A stretch of 63,845 nucleotides of DNA, filler included, from Acidimicrobiia bacterium (GTDB taxonomy: Bacteria; Actinomycetota; Acidimicrobiia; Spongiisociales; JAENVV01), in NCBI GenBank assembly GCA_041577335.1. It is 4 parts of 4 records of this genome, joined end to end, with 100 filler letters (N's around TTAATTAATTAA, not from the genome) between each part and the next. Parts side by side here need not be neighbours in the genome. Positions count along the whole stretch, not along the records: positions 19,752 to 38,582 come from JBFGJH010000067.1; 3 more parts are not named here. One strand, written 5' to 3'. A program made the position numbers and the translations under genes. How positions within the stretch are numbered: position 1 is the first letter of the stretch; every line of letters starts with the position of its first letter. This document shows positions 28,775 to 38,346 of this stretch, piece by piece. The notes beneath the pieces are model-generated. The model worked only from the letters and a program-made list of their open reading frames with translations. It did not search any database and was not told where the DNA came from.

Positions 28775-29665
28775 GTGCCTGAGCTTCCTGACATTGTGGT
28801 GTATATCGAGGCGCTCGAGCGTTATGTCGCAGGGCGTGAGCTCGAGAAGGTGCGGATTGCTTCCTTCTCGTTGCTCCGAACCTACGACCCGCCCATTTCG
28901 GCGATCGAGGGCGAAGTCGTGCGCGGTTTCCGGCGCATCGGCAAGAGGATCGTATGGGAGTTCGATGACGAGTTGTTCATGGTCATGCACCTCATGATCG
29001 CCGGGCGGCTGCGATGGAGGGACCGCGGCGTGACCGTTCCCAAGAAGGTGGGCCTGGCTGCGTTCGACTTCGCGAACGGGTCGCTTTTGTTCACCGAGCA
29101 AGGATCGAAGCGGCGCGCCTCGCTGCATGTGGTCAAGGGGGAGGAGGGGCTGGCCGAGCACGATCGAGGCGGTGTCGAACCGCTGGATATCACCGTCGAG
29201 GAGTTTGGCGGTGCGCTCACCCTCGAGAACCGGACCATGAAACGGGCTCTCACCGACCAGCGCATCCTGTCGGGGATCGGCAATGCCTACTCGGATGAGA
29301 TTCTCCATGCGGCCAAGCTCTCACCCGTCAAACGGACGGGCCAGCTGTCACAGCAAGAGATCACGCGGTTGTACGAGGCCACCCAGGCATCTCTCCTCGA
29401 GTGGACCGAGCGGCACCGACAGGATGTTGGCGACGGGTTTCCCGAGAAGGTCACCGCCTTTCGCCCGGACATGGCGGTCCACGGCAAATACGGTGAGCCG
29501 TGCCCGGTATGCGGCTCGAAGGTGCAACGCATTGTCTACGCGTCCAACGAGACCAACTACTGCGCCACCTGCCAGACCGATGGCAAGCTCCTGGCCGATC
29601 GGTCGCTCTCTCGCCTCCTCAAAGACGACTGGCCCAAGACGATCGAAGACCTCGAAGAGGGCTAG
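28775..29665 (+). CDS. Fpg/Nei family DNA glycosylase
   Basis: N-terminal PELP, HLMIAG, GIGNAYSDEIL, CPVC...CATCQ zinc finger. Confidence 0.93.
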   Translation: MPELPDIVVYIEALERYVAGRELEKVRIASFSLLRTYDPPISAIEGEVVRGFRRIGKRIVWEFDDELFMVMHLMIAGRLRWRDRGVTVPKKVGLAAFDFANGSLLFTEQGSKRRASLHVVKGEEGLAEHDRGGVEPLDITVEEFGGALTLENRTMKRALTDQRILSGIGNAYSDEILHAAKLSPVKRTGQLSQQEITRLYEATQASLLEWTERHRQDVGDGFPEKVTAFRPDMAVHGKYGEPCPVCGSKVQRIVYASNETNYCATCQTDGKLLADRSLSRLLKDDWPKTIEDLEEG

Positions 29666-29716
29666 ACGCGACGCACCTCTTGAGCGAGTGGTCAAACCGC
29701 CGGTACACTCCCGCTG

Positions 29717-31150
29717 ATGGACAGCTATGACGCAGTCGTGGTTGGGGCGGGCCCCAATGGTTTGGCGGCGGCCATCGTCATCGCGCGAGCCGGCCTGTCG
29801 GTTGCCGTATTCGAGGGCGCCGATAGCGTTGGGGGCGGCACCCGCACAGATGAGCTGACAGTTCCCGGTTTTCATCATGACGTCTGCTCGGCCATCCATC
29901 CTCTCCACCAGTCGCCGGCGTTTCGGTCTTTTCCCCTTGCCGAGTTTGGTGTCGACTGGGTCTACGCCCCGGTGGAACTTGCTCATCCGCTCGAGGGCGG
30001 GCGAGCGGTCGCGCTCTCTCACGACGTAAACGAGACCGCTTCCCAGTTTCCCGTCGATACCGACACGTATCGAAAAGCGTTCGACTTCTACGCCCGTCAC
30101 GCCGATGAGCTTTTCGCCCAGACCCTGCGTCCGCTCGTCAATGTCCCGAGCACCCCCATTTCCCTGGCCAGGTTTGGTTTGCCGGCATTGATGTCCGCGA
30201 AGGCCTATGCCCGTCGGTACCAGTCCTCGGAAGCCCGGTCCCTGTTTCTCGGCGTGGCCGCACACAACGTGACCTCGCTCACACAACCGGCGTCGGCCGC
30301 CGTTGCGTTGGCCCTCATGACGGCCGCTCATCGCTATCGGTGGCCGATGGCTCGCGGTGGGTCGCACACCATCACCAGGGCTATGGCCGGCTATCTCGAA
30401 TCGTTGGGTGGCGTACTCCACCTTGGGAATCAGATCACCGACCTCTCAGACCTGCCGACCAGCAGGCTGAAGCTGCTCTCGGTGCCTCCACCGGCGCTGG
30501 CGGCAATCGCGGGGCACCGATTGTCTGACGATGAACGGAAGAAGTTGAATGGTTGGCGCTTCGGCCCTGGGGTGTTCAAGGTCGACTGGGCGCTCGACGG
30601 CCCCGTTCCGTGGGCTTCGCCGACGGTGCGAGAAGCAGGAACCGTTCACGTGGTCGGAGAATCGGATGAGGTGATGGAGTCGGAGGATGCCATGTGGAAC
30701 GGCCGGCACGCCGAACGGCCCTACGTTCTCTTCGCCCAGCAATCGCTTTTTGATGAGACAAGGGCTCCGGCGGGGAAACAGACCGGGTGGGCCTACTGTC
30801 ATGTTCCCCACGGTTCGACGGTCGACATGACCGACGCGATCGAAGCCCAAATCGAGCGGTTTGCTCCCGGCTTCCGAGATCTCATCATCGATCGGCACAC
30901 AATGTCTTCTGAAGACTATGAGCGATACAACTCCAACTACGTAGGCGGCGACATAGGGTCAGGGTCCTTCACGCTCAAACAGATCCTGGCCAGGCCTCGT
31001 TTCGGACCCAACCCCTACAAGACCTCTCTGGACGGTGTCTTTCTGTGCGGGTCCTCCACTGCCCCGGGAGCGGGTGTCCATGGGATGGCCGGCTGGAATG
31101 CCGCTCATGCGGCCCTGAAGTCGATCGGGATGAAAGCCGACTACTCGTGA
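29717..31150 (+). CDS. FAD-dependent oxidoreductase, phytoene dehydrogenase-like (COG1233)
   Basis: GAGPNG, HDVCSAIHP, WAYCHVP, PGAGVHGMAG. Confidence 0.9.
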   Translation: MDSYDAVVVGAGPNGLAAAIVIARAGLSVAVFEGADSVGGGTRTDELTVPGFHHDVCSAIHPLHQSPAFRSFPLAEFGVDWVYAPVELAHPLEGGRAVALSHDVNETASQFPVDTDTYRKAFDFYARHADELFAQTLRPLVNVPSTPISLARFGLPALMSAKAYARRYQSSEARSLFLGVAAHNVTSLTQPASAAVALALMTAAHRYRWPMARGGSHTITRAMAGYLESLGGVLHLGNQITDLSDLPTSRLKLLSVPPPALAAIAGHRLSDDERKKLNGWRFGPGVFKVDWALDGPVPWASPTVREAGTVHVVGESDEVMESEDAMWNGRHAERPYVLFAQQSLFDETRAPAGKQTGWAYCHVPHGSTVDMTDAIEAQIERFAPGFRDLIIDRHTMSSEDYERYNSNYVGGDIGSGSFTLKQILARPRFGPNPYKTSLDGVFLCGSSTAPGAGVHGMAGWNAAHAALKSIGMKADYS

Positions 31151-31353
31151 GTGCTTGAGACCAGTGACCCGGTTACCTGAGACGAGGGCTCGACAGGGGC
31201 ATCGGGCCACCGCTGCGGAACTCTACGACGACGCATTCGGCGACAAGCCTGGGCGACGACAATGGTGAAGCAGCTCACTCGTAGCTAGGTGTGGGCCATG
31301 TGAATGGCGTTCAAGCGATCCCGAAGGTCGCGAAAAGCGAGCAGGTCTCTCCC

Positions 31354-31383
31354 TTGACCAATCGAACATATGTTCGATACACT
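31354..31383 (+). promoter_or_regulatory. SigA-type promoter with LexA (SOS) box
   Basis: -35 TTGACC (31354-59), -10 TACACT (31378-83); the perfect palindrome ATCGAACATATGTTCGAT (31361-78) fills the spacer and matches TCGAAC-N4-GTTCGA. Confidence 0.92.
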
Positions 31384-31405
31384 CAGGGTCCGACGTGGAG
31401 GGGCA

Positions 31406-32131
31406 ATGGCAGCGACCTTGATGCCAAACATGGCAAACAAGGCAAACAAGGCAAACAAGGTAGACAAGGAATGTGCCAACGACGAAGTTCGTCGTGAGCT
31501 CGCCGCGCGACTCGCCACCGCCACCACGTCCTTGCCGGGCGACGAGAGTGAATTTCAGGTCGAGCCCGGCCGCATTGTGGGGTTGTTGGGATCGTTGGGC
31601 AGTGGCATGACACGTGTGGGACTGTCCTTGCTGGTGGAGCCCTCTCGGGTGGCCCCGGTGGTGGTGGTCGACCACCGCGGCTGGTTTTCGCCGCTGGCGG
31701 CTTGGGAAGTCGGGATCGATCCAGAATCGCTGTACATCGTCAGGACCGAAACTTCGCATTGGACCCAGGTGATGGCCACCCTCTTGGGCGGAGTGCGCGC
31801 CGTCTATGCAGATGTGCCGGCAACAGTTGCCGAACGTGACTACCGGAGGTTGGCAGGCATTGCCCGCCGGGAGCGGACGGCGGTGGTGCTTCGAGCCGAA
31901 CAGCCGCTGCCCTCGGGGATTGCCCACTGGCGGGTCACCGCCGATGACATCGTTTGGGAGGGCTCCGATCAAGGTCATGGCCGCATAGGACGCCGCACGC
32001 TCAGCGTGACCGTTGGCGGCAAGGCAGTGGCGGGAATCGAGCGCCAATGGGAAGTAGAGGACTATGGGACGCATCCTGTGCGTGTGGTGGCGGGACTGGC
32101 CACTTCGCAGACCCGACGCGCCGCCGGATAG
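31406..32131 (+). CDS. imuA: ImuA'-like RecA-fold protein
   Basis: Degenerate Walker A GSLGSGMT, RRLAGIARRERTAVVL; SOS box upstream, imuB downstream; GGAGGG RBS. Confidence 0.8.
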   Translation: MAATLMPNMANKANKANKVDKECANDEVRRELAARLATATTSLPGDESEFQVEPGRIVGLLGSLGSGMTRVGLSLLVEPSRVAPVVVVDHRGWFSPLAAWEVGIDPESLYIVRTETSHWTQVMATLLGGVRAVYADVPATVAERDYRRLAGIARRERTAVVLRAEQPLPSGIAHWRVTADDIVWEGSDQGHGRIGRRTLSVTVGGKAVAGIERQWEVEDYGTHPVRVVAGLATSQTRRAAG

Positions 32132-33524
32132 GCCAACGCTCGTCGCCGAAGCCCATGAGGTGATTGCTGCCAACGACCTGGCGCGTGCGCTTGGCGTCGA
32201 ACCGGGGATGCGGCGGAGAGAAGGCGAAGCGCTGTGTCCCCACGGTGTGATCCTCGACCGCGACGTAGGCCGGGAGGTGTCCACCTTTGAGCCGATGATC
32301 TCCGCCATCGAGGAGCTCATTCCGAAAGTAGAGGTTGCCGAACCGGGGCTCCTTTTCGTCGAAGTCTCTGGAGCCTTGCGGTATTACGGAGGAGAAGACG
32401 CGATTACCGACCTCGTTGTGAAGGCAGTCTCTCCTCTTTCGGGGGTGGCCCCGGTACGGGTAGGGGTTGCCAATGGGCCCTTTGCATCCCGCTTGGCGGC
32501 TTCCCAAACTCCCCCCGGAGGTGTACTGCGCATCGACGATGACTACGCCTACCTCGCCCAACAGGATGTTGCTGCCATCGGCAACCGAGACCTCGTGGCG
32601 ACGTTTCGATGGTTGGGCGTCACGACCTTGGGCGAGCTCGCCCAATTGCCAAGAGAAGCAATCGCCTCACGATTTGGGCATGCTGGATTGACGGCTCATC
32701 GTCTGGCATCGGGGGAAGACCGCCCAGCAGCTCCCCGCCAGGTGCCAGTCGACGCGACCGTTGAGCGAGTGTTCGAAGAGCCGTTGATCATGATGGACCA
32801 GGTCGGGTTCGCTGCCAGAGCCATGTCCGTGGAGCTCATCGGCGGTTTGCGTCGCTACGGAGCTGCAGCACACAGAATCGAAGTCGAAGCCGTGACCGAA
32901 GACGGGGCCGGTCGGCACCGTGTGTGGCGCAGCGCCAACCCGTTCACCGAAGACATGCTGGCTGACCGTGTGTGGTGGCAACTTCGGGCATGGGTGGAGC
33001 GTGGAGGGGTCACGAGTGGGATCGTTCGCCTGCGGTTGTCGCCGGCCGATGTGTCGGGTGACGGCCGTCAATTGAGTTTCCTGGAAGACACGGTGGCAAA
33101 GGTGGAAGCCGAAAGAGCGCTGGCACGTGTTCAAGCGTTGGTTGGTCCGGATCAGGTACTCGTGGCACAACCGCGAGGAGGGCGCGATCCCGGCGATCGT
33201 GTGGAGTGGCGTCGGTGGGGTGAGCCAACCGACGCCACTCTGTCATCAGCGCCCTGGCCGGGAGCTACCCCATCTCCTTCTCCGGCATTGGTGCCTCGAC
33301 AACCCACCCAGATCGAAGTCGAGTGGGATGGGGGGATGCCTGCTCGGGTTCGTCTCCGAAGCCGGTGGGTGCAGGTGGTGAGCTGGGCAGGCCCGTGGCG
33401 AAAGACCGGTCGATGGTGGAAGGACGAACGTGACGCCGATCGTTATCAAATCGTCACAACGGTTGGTGCTTTTCTGTGTGAAGTGAAGGCCAATCAGACC
33501 TTTTTGATCGGCGTATATGACTGA
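32064..33524 (+). CDS. imuB: ImuB, catalytically inactive Y-family polymerase homologue
   Basis: VEPGM, LGVTTLGELAQLP..RFG, clamp-motif-like QLSF, WAGPW...WW, C-terminal GVYD. Confidence 0.88.
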   Translation: MGRILCVWWRDWPLRRPDAPPDRPTLVAEAHEVIAANDLARALGVEPGMRRREGEALCPHGVILDRDVGREVSTFEPMISAIEELIPKVEVAEPGLLFVEVSGALRYYGGEDAITDLVVKAVSPLSGVAPVRVGVANGPFASRLAASQTPPGGVLRIDDDYAYLAQQDVAAIGNRDLVATFRWLGVTTLGELAQLPREAIASRFGHAGLTAHRLASGEDRPAAPRQVPVDATVERVFEEPLIMMDQVGFAARAMSVELIGGLRRYGAAAHRIEVEAVTEDGAGRHRVWRSANPFTEDMLADRVWWQLRAWVERGGVTSGIVRLRLSPADVSGDGRQLSFLEDTVAKVEAERALARVQALVGPDQVLVAQPRGGRDPGDRVEWRRWGEPTDATLSSAPWPGATPSPSPALVPRQPTQIEVEWDGGMPARVRLRSRWVQVVSWAGPWRKTGRWWKDERDADRYQIVTTVGAFLCEVKANQTFLIGVYD

Positions 33525-33620
33525 GCTGTGTGCCTTGCCGAACACGCACCGTGGTTTTTCGACACGGCGTCGTCAATCCGTGAGAATGCCCGCTAACCTC
33601 GCACCAGCTAGGGAATATCG

Positions 33621-34061
33621 ATGGACACAATCCCCCCTCAAGAAATCACTCTATGGCGTCGTCTATGCGACGCCTATGTGTCGGTGCGAGAGCAACTCGA
33701 TAGAGATCTGGTCGCGCTCGCCGACCTGTCTCTCTCCGAATTCGATGTGCTCCGCATCCTCAACGAAGCCGGCGGGTCACTGCGGATGTCCGAGCTCGCC
33801 GAACAGGCGCATGCCAGCCGCAGCGGTCTCACGCGTCGGGTTGACCGCCTCGAAAGACGCGATCTGGTGCGGCGCGAGCGGGTTGACGATGACCGGCGCG
33901 GGCTGAGGGCAGTGCTCACCCAAGCAGGAGAGCGGCTCTGTGAGGAGCTCACACCCAAATACATCGACTCGCTCAAGTCGAGCGCTCTGGTCCGCCTCAA
34001 TCAGCAGGAGATCTCATCAATCGTTGGAATGCTCGAGCGGATTCGCGGGCCCCTCGGTTGA
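33621..34061 (+). CDS. MarR family transcriptional regulator
   Basis: LRMSELA...SRSGLTRRVDRLE and DDRRG..LT. Confidence 0.92.
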   Translation: MDTIPPQEITLWRRLCDAYVSVREQLDRDLVALADLSLSEFDVLRILNEAGGSLRMSELAEQAHASRSGLTRRVDRLERRDLVRRERVDDDRRGLRAVLTQAGERLCEELTPKYIDSLKSSALVRLNQQEISSIVGMLERIRGPLG

Positions 34062-34784
34062 CTCCAGTTCTTGAAACGTCGCCACAATCAGCTGGCGAAC
34101 CCTCGATGTCAGCTCGCCAACGTCGGCTTTGGTCAGGCCCACCGTGGGTATTGGATCACCGACGACGGTGATGACCCGGCCGCCTTTGACGAGTTTCTTG
34201 GGCGGCCATGCCCGGTAGGAGCCGTATGTGGTCACGGGAACCACCGGCAGCTGATTCTCGATCGCAATGGCGAAGGCTCCCTTCTTGAACGGTCGCATGG
34301 CTCCGTCGCGAGATCGCGTCGCTTCGGGGTAAACCATGAGCGATCGAGCCTGCTCGAGGTTGTCGTGAGCGCTGGCGTTGAGCTCCCTATGGATGGCCGC
34401 CCCTCTCGCCCGGTCCACCTCGACGATCCCGATTCTCCGCATGGTTGTGCCGAGCAGAGGGATTCTGAAGAGCTCGGTCTTGGCCAGAAACCGCAGAGGA
34501 TTTGGCACCGACAAGAAATGGGCAGGGATGTCGAGGTTGGATCGATGATTGGAAACGACCACGTACGCCTGACTCGGGTCGAAGAAGTCACCTCCTCGGA
34601 TCTCCAACTCGACGCCGGCCGACTTGAGCCATACCCGAGCCCAGAGCCGGATGATGCGTTCGATCTTCTCGGCCGCTGCGTGACGCTGGGTGAGCCAGAT
34701 GAGCGCAACCGACGAATAGATCGTGATCGCAAGACCGACAGCGATGGTCGCAACGGTCCGGCCCGCGTCTGAGATCAGGTGCAT
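34017..34784 (-). CDS. plsC: 1-acyl-sn-glycerol-3-phosphate acyltransferase
   Basis: NHRSNLD, FLAK, YPEATRS, FKKGAF; ATG 34784 lies 7 nt after a TATCGT -10. Confidence 0.88.
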   Translation of the reverse strand: MHLISDAGRTVATIAVGLAITIYSSVALIWLTQRHAAAEKIERIIRLWARVWLKSAGVELEIRGGDFFDPSQAYVVVSNHRSNLDIPAHFLSVPNPLRFLAKTELFRIPLLGTTMRRIGIVEVDRARGAAIHRELNASAHDNLEQARSLMVYPEATRSRDGAMRPFKKGAFAIAIENQLPVVPVTTYGSYRAWPPKKLVKGGRVITVVGDPIPTVGLTKADVGELTSRVRQLIVATFQELESTEGPANPLEHSND

Positions 34785-34820
34785 ATGCCCGACGATAGCG
34801 CCACCGATTACCCTCACCGT

Positions 34821-35354
34821 GTGGGAAGGACGAAATCGGAGTGGCGGCAGTGGGCCGAAGCGCAACATGCCACGATCGATCATGTCGCGGCCAGTGCCCA
34901 GATTGTCGATGTGCTCCACCGGACGCTCGGATTCGACCAACACACTTTGACGTTTCTCCCCATGAGCGACGAAGTTGATCTGACGCGACTCGACCGTCCC
35001 CACCTCTACGTCACTCGGACTCCAACCGTTGGAGCGCTGACGGTACATCCCTTCGACGCTCCACGAGAGAGGCACCCGTGGGGCTACGAACAACCGATTG
35101 CCGCTGCACCGGAGGTCGCTCCGGCCGCTCTGGACGTCGTGCTGGTTCCAGGAGTTGTCTTTGCCGTCACGGGAACAAGGATCGGGCACGGGAAGGGCTA
35201 CTACGACCAGCTTTTGGCATCCTGTCGAACCGATGCCCAGCGAATCGGCATCACCTTCGACGCATTGGTGGTTGATAGCCTGCCGGCCGAAGCCCATGAC
35301 ATCCCCATGGACGCCATCGTCACGGAGTCGGGGCTCCAGGCTACGGCTGGCTAG
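34821..35354 (+). CDS. 5-formyltetrahydrofolate cyclo-ligase
   Basis: DVVLVPG, RIGHGKGYYD, HDIPMD..VTE; start placed at GTG 34821 (TACCCT 6 nt upstream), alternative ATG 34785. Confidence 0.88.
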   Translation: MGRTKSEWRQWAEAQHATIDHVAASAQIVDVLHRTLGFDQHTLTFLPMSDEVDLTRLDRPHLYVTRTPTVGALTVHPFDAPRERHPWGYEQPIAAAPEVAPAALDVVLVPGVVFAVTGTRIGHGKGYYDQLLASCRTDAQRIGITFDALVVDSLPAEAHDIPMDAIVTESGLQATAG

Positions 35355-36106
35355 CGCTCGACGATCGCCAACGCCCGGATGAGCGACGGGTAGAACGCAT
35401 CGGCCCAGATTCGATGCCCATGTTCATTCGGGTGAAAGAGATCGCCGGCAAAAATGCCCTCGCGCTCCTGTTGAAAACGCGAAGCGGTCAGCTCCCACAT
35501 CGGAACGCGTTCGATCCGGTCCGAAATGGCGGCGATCTCCTTGATCACGGCGTCGATTCGGTTGCCCCGCAGCCTCGCAACCGAGTGGAGCGGCGCAGGC
35601 ATGCGCGGAATCGAGCCGAGGTCGCCGACGCCGGCCATGATCATGGCCTTGCTGCGGGGCAGCAGGTAGTCAACGATCGACACGAGATTCTGTCGCACGA
35701 TTGAGGTCGGAATGCCGTGGAGCGCATCATTGCTCCCGACAACAACGACGGCGATGTCGGTTTCCGTGACCTTCGGGAGCTGATCGTTCAGCACGTCCTG
35801 GGCGCGGCTCCCTCCGACGGCCAGGGATTCGAGGGTGATGTGGTGTCGATCAGCTAGTCGGTCGATGGCCTGGCGGATCCATATCTGCTCTGGTCTTTCG
35901 AGACCTGGCCCGGTCAAGGTCGAGTCGCCGAACGCGGCAATGCGCAACGCCGGAGCGGTGGCGGGACCCAGTACGGCCGATGCGTCCAAGCCGCCGAAGG
36001 TAGGCAGGTCACGCTGCACCGTATAGACCACCTGGGCGGCCAGGGTGGCTGCTGTGAGCGCCGCCACCTTGGGAACCGCTCGAATGAGAGAGTGAGTCCG
36101 TGGCAT
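35351..36106 (-). CDS. SGNH/GDSL hydrolase
   Basis: FGDST, GSND, DLFHPN. Confidence 0.88.
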   Translation of the reverse strand: MPRTHSLIRAVPKVAALTAATLAAQVVYTVQRDLPTFGGLDASAVLGPATAPALRIAAFGDSTLTGPGLERPEQIWIRQAIDRLADRHHITLESLAVGGSRAQDVLNDQLPKVTETDIAVVVVGSNDALHGIPTSIVRQNLVSIVDYLLPRSKAMIMAGVGDLGSIPRMPAPLHSVARLRGNRIDAVIKEIAAISDRIERVPMWELTASRFQQEREGIFAGDLFHPNEHGHRIWADAFYPSLIRALAIVER

Positions 36107-36147
36107 CCTACGATGCAAGTTACTCCATCGAAGAGAGTAGAGAAGGA

Positions 36148-37170
36148 ATGAAGTTGGGGCTGTTTCTCTCGTACTGGTCGGGAGACACGCGCACTGATAT
36201 CGGCTTGGTTCGCGAAGCCGAGAGATTGGGCTTCGATTCGGTGTGGGCCGCCGAGGCATGGGGCTCCGATGCCGTGAGCGTGCTGGCGTGGATCGCTGCC
36301 CAAACCGAGAAGATCAAGATCGCCAGCGGAATCATGCAAATGCCCGCACGGACGCCGGCAATGACTGCCATGACTGCGATGACGCTCGATGGCCTGTCCG
36401 GCGGCCGGTTCATACTCGGTTTGGGCGTGTCGGGCCCGCAGGTCGTCGAAGGCTGGCATGGCCGTCCCTACGGGAAGCCGCTCGGAAAGACGCGTGAATA
36501 CGTGTCGATCGTGCGGGCCGCGTTGGCCAAGAAGACGCCGCTCACCCACGAAGGCCACAACTACCAGATTCCGTATCGCGGGCCGGATGCCACAGGGCTC
36601 GGCAAACCACTTCGGATCATGGGGAGACCGCGGCCCGACCTCCCGATTTATCTGGCGGCGATGGGTCCCAAGAACGTCGCCCTTGCCGCTGAGCTCGCCG
36701 ACGGCTGGCTCCCGGTGCTGGTTTCTCCGGATCACTACAACTCTGTTTTTGCGCCGTCGGTCGGGGAGGGACTCGCACGGGGCGCCGAGCCCAAGACATT
36801 CGATGTCGCTCCGACTGTGAATGCGCGTCTGAGCGATGACATTGAGAGAGCCCGGAACAAGCTGCGCCCTGGCCTTGCGCTGTACGTAGGAGGGATGGGG
36901 GCACCCGGCCGCAACTTCTACAACGACCTGGTGTCGCGCTATGGGTACGAAGAATCAGCCGAAGAGATCCAGTCGCACTTTCTGGCCGGGCGACGCCGGC
37001 AAGCGATAGCGGCGGTCCCCGATGCAATGGTGGACGAACTGTGTCTGGTCGGCTCCGAAGCGATGATCCGCGACCGACTCGAGGCGTGGAGGGATGTCGG
37101 TGTTGGCACACTGCTCGTCACGCCGGATCGAATCGAGACCATGCGCGTTCTGGCAGAGTTGATCTTGTGA
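36148..37170 (+). CDS. LLM-class, probably F420-dependent oxidoreductase
   Basis: WAAEAWGSDA, GRFILGLGVSGPQVVEGWHG, LYVGGMG. Confidence 0.9.
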   Translation: MKLGLFLSYWSGDTRTDIGLVREAERLGFDSVWAAEAWGSDAVSVLAWIAAQTEKIKIASGIMQMPARTPAMTAMTAMTLDGLSGGRFILGLGVSGPQVVEGWHGRPYGKPLGKTREYVSIVRAALAKKTPLTHEGHNYQIPYRGPDATGLGKPLRIMGRPRPDLPIYLAAMGPKNVALAAELADGWLPVLVSPDHYNSVFAPSVGEGLARGAEPKTFDVAPTVNARLSDDIERARNKLRPGLALYVGGMGAPGRNFYNDLVSRYGYEESAEEIQSHFLAGRRRQAIAAVPDAMVDELCLVGSEAMIRDRLEAWRDVGVGTLLVTPDRIETMRVLAELIL

Positions 37171-37201
37171 CGGCAATCGATATTGGAGGAACCCAGCACT
37201 G

Positions 37202-38170
37202 ATGAAAGCCATTCAAATCGCGCATACAGGAGGGCCGGAGGTCCTGCACTATGTGGAGGTTCCCGACCCCGTTGCCGAGCCCGGCCACGTGGTCGTGGCA
37301 ACCGAGTTCGCCGGACTGAACTTCATCGATACGTATCATCGCAAAGGCCTGTATCCGGTGCCGCTTCCCTTCGTCCCCGGCCTGGAGGGGGCGGGAGTCG
37401 TCACGGAGGTGGCCGCGGATGTAGGAGACATCAGAGTTGGAGATCGGGTCGCCTGGGCATTGGGCGGCGGCTCGTATGCCGAACGCACCTCATTGCCGGC
37501 CAAGACGCTCTTCGCTGTCCCAAGTGAGGTTCCTCTCGACACGGCCGCTGCTCTCGCGCTGCAAGGCCTGACGGCCCATTATCTGGCCTTTGACACCTAC
37601 CCGATACAGACGGGCGACCGGGTCCTCATCCATGCCGGAGCTGGAGGGGTCGGACTGCTGTTGATCCAGATTGCCAAGCTGCGTGGCGCGGAGGTGTTCA
37701 CAACCGTCTCAGGTCCCGAGAAAGCAGCGTTGGCATCGGGAGCCGGAGCTGATCATGTGGTCCGATACGACCAGCAAGACTTCGGTGCCGCAGTGGAGGG
37801 GATAGCCGGTGATCGCCCGCTGGCCGCTATTTTCGACGGCGTCGGCGCAGAAACCTTTGATCGCGGGCTCACGCTGCTGAGACGGCGTGGCGTGATGGTG
37901 CTGTTTGGGCAAGCGTCCGGTCCCGTTCCGCCCGTCGACCTGCAGGTGCTCGCCCAGAACGGTTCGTTGTTCGTGACGCGGCCGACGCTCGGCGACTACA
38001 TCGGCGATCCTGCCGAGCGCGACCGACGAGCCCGTGACCTCTTCGGTTGGGTCGAGCGGGGTGAGCTTTCGGTGCGGGTCGGGCAGCGGTACCCGTTGGC
38101 AGAAGCGGCCCAATCTCATCGCGACCTCGAGTCCAGAGCCACGACCGGGAAGTCCCTGCTCGTTCCCTGA
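37202..38170 (+). CDS. qor: NADPH:quinone oxidoreductase
   Basis: GLNFIDTY, HAGAGGVG, GSLFVTRP, TTGKSLL. Confidence 0.9.
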   Translation: MKAIQIAHTGGPEVLHYVEVPDPVAEPGHVVVATEFAGLNFIDTYHRKGLYPVPLPFVPGLEGAGVVTEVAADVGDIRVGDRVAWALGGGSYAERTSLPAKTLFAVPSEVPLDTAAALALQGLTAHYLAFDTYPIQTGDRVLIHAGAGGVGLLLIQIAKLRGAEVFTTVSGPEKAALASGAGADHVVRYDQQDFGAAVEGIAGDRPLAAIFDGVGAETFDRGLTLLRRRGVMVLFGQASGPVPPVDLQVLAQNGSLFVTRPTLGDYIGDPAERDRRARDLFGWVERGELSVRVGQRYPLAEAAQSHRDLESRATTGKSLLVP

Positions 38171-38265
38171 GTCGGCGGCGTACGTCGTTGCGAGCATGGA
38201 CTGAAGTCGTGCTCACCCGTGACACGAGAGGGCGCAGGTAAGAGTCCTCCCGCCTCCGCCGCACA

Positions 38266-38292
38266 GAGAAGGTGGCCGATGGCCACCTTCTC
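38266..38292. terminator. Hairpin between convergent genes
   Basis: GAGAAGGTGGCC-GAT-GGCCACCTTCTC, a 12-bp perfect stem. Confidence 0.6.
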
Positions 38293-38346
38293 CTCGGGCG
38301 ACTGTTTCACCCGATCCCCTGGTCCCTGGGACCCTTGTTGAATCTG

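Noticed and set aside
26728..28794. Long antisense and alternate-frame ORFs over pnp (688 aa; LRLPLS and VTAAA repeats) and similar shadows over ppdK, carB and others
   Set aside because: Expected by-products of high-GC codon bias and tandem repeats; no recognisable domains.
33517..33906. 129-aa ORF after imuB as a dnaE2 gene
   Set aside because: It overlaps the MarR gene out of frame and has no PHP or polymerase motifs beyond a weak resemblance in the first residues.
34785..34820. 6S RNA upstream of 5-formyl-THF cyclo-ligase
   Set aside because: Only 36 bp separate it from the divergent plsC, which is too short.
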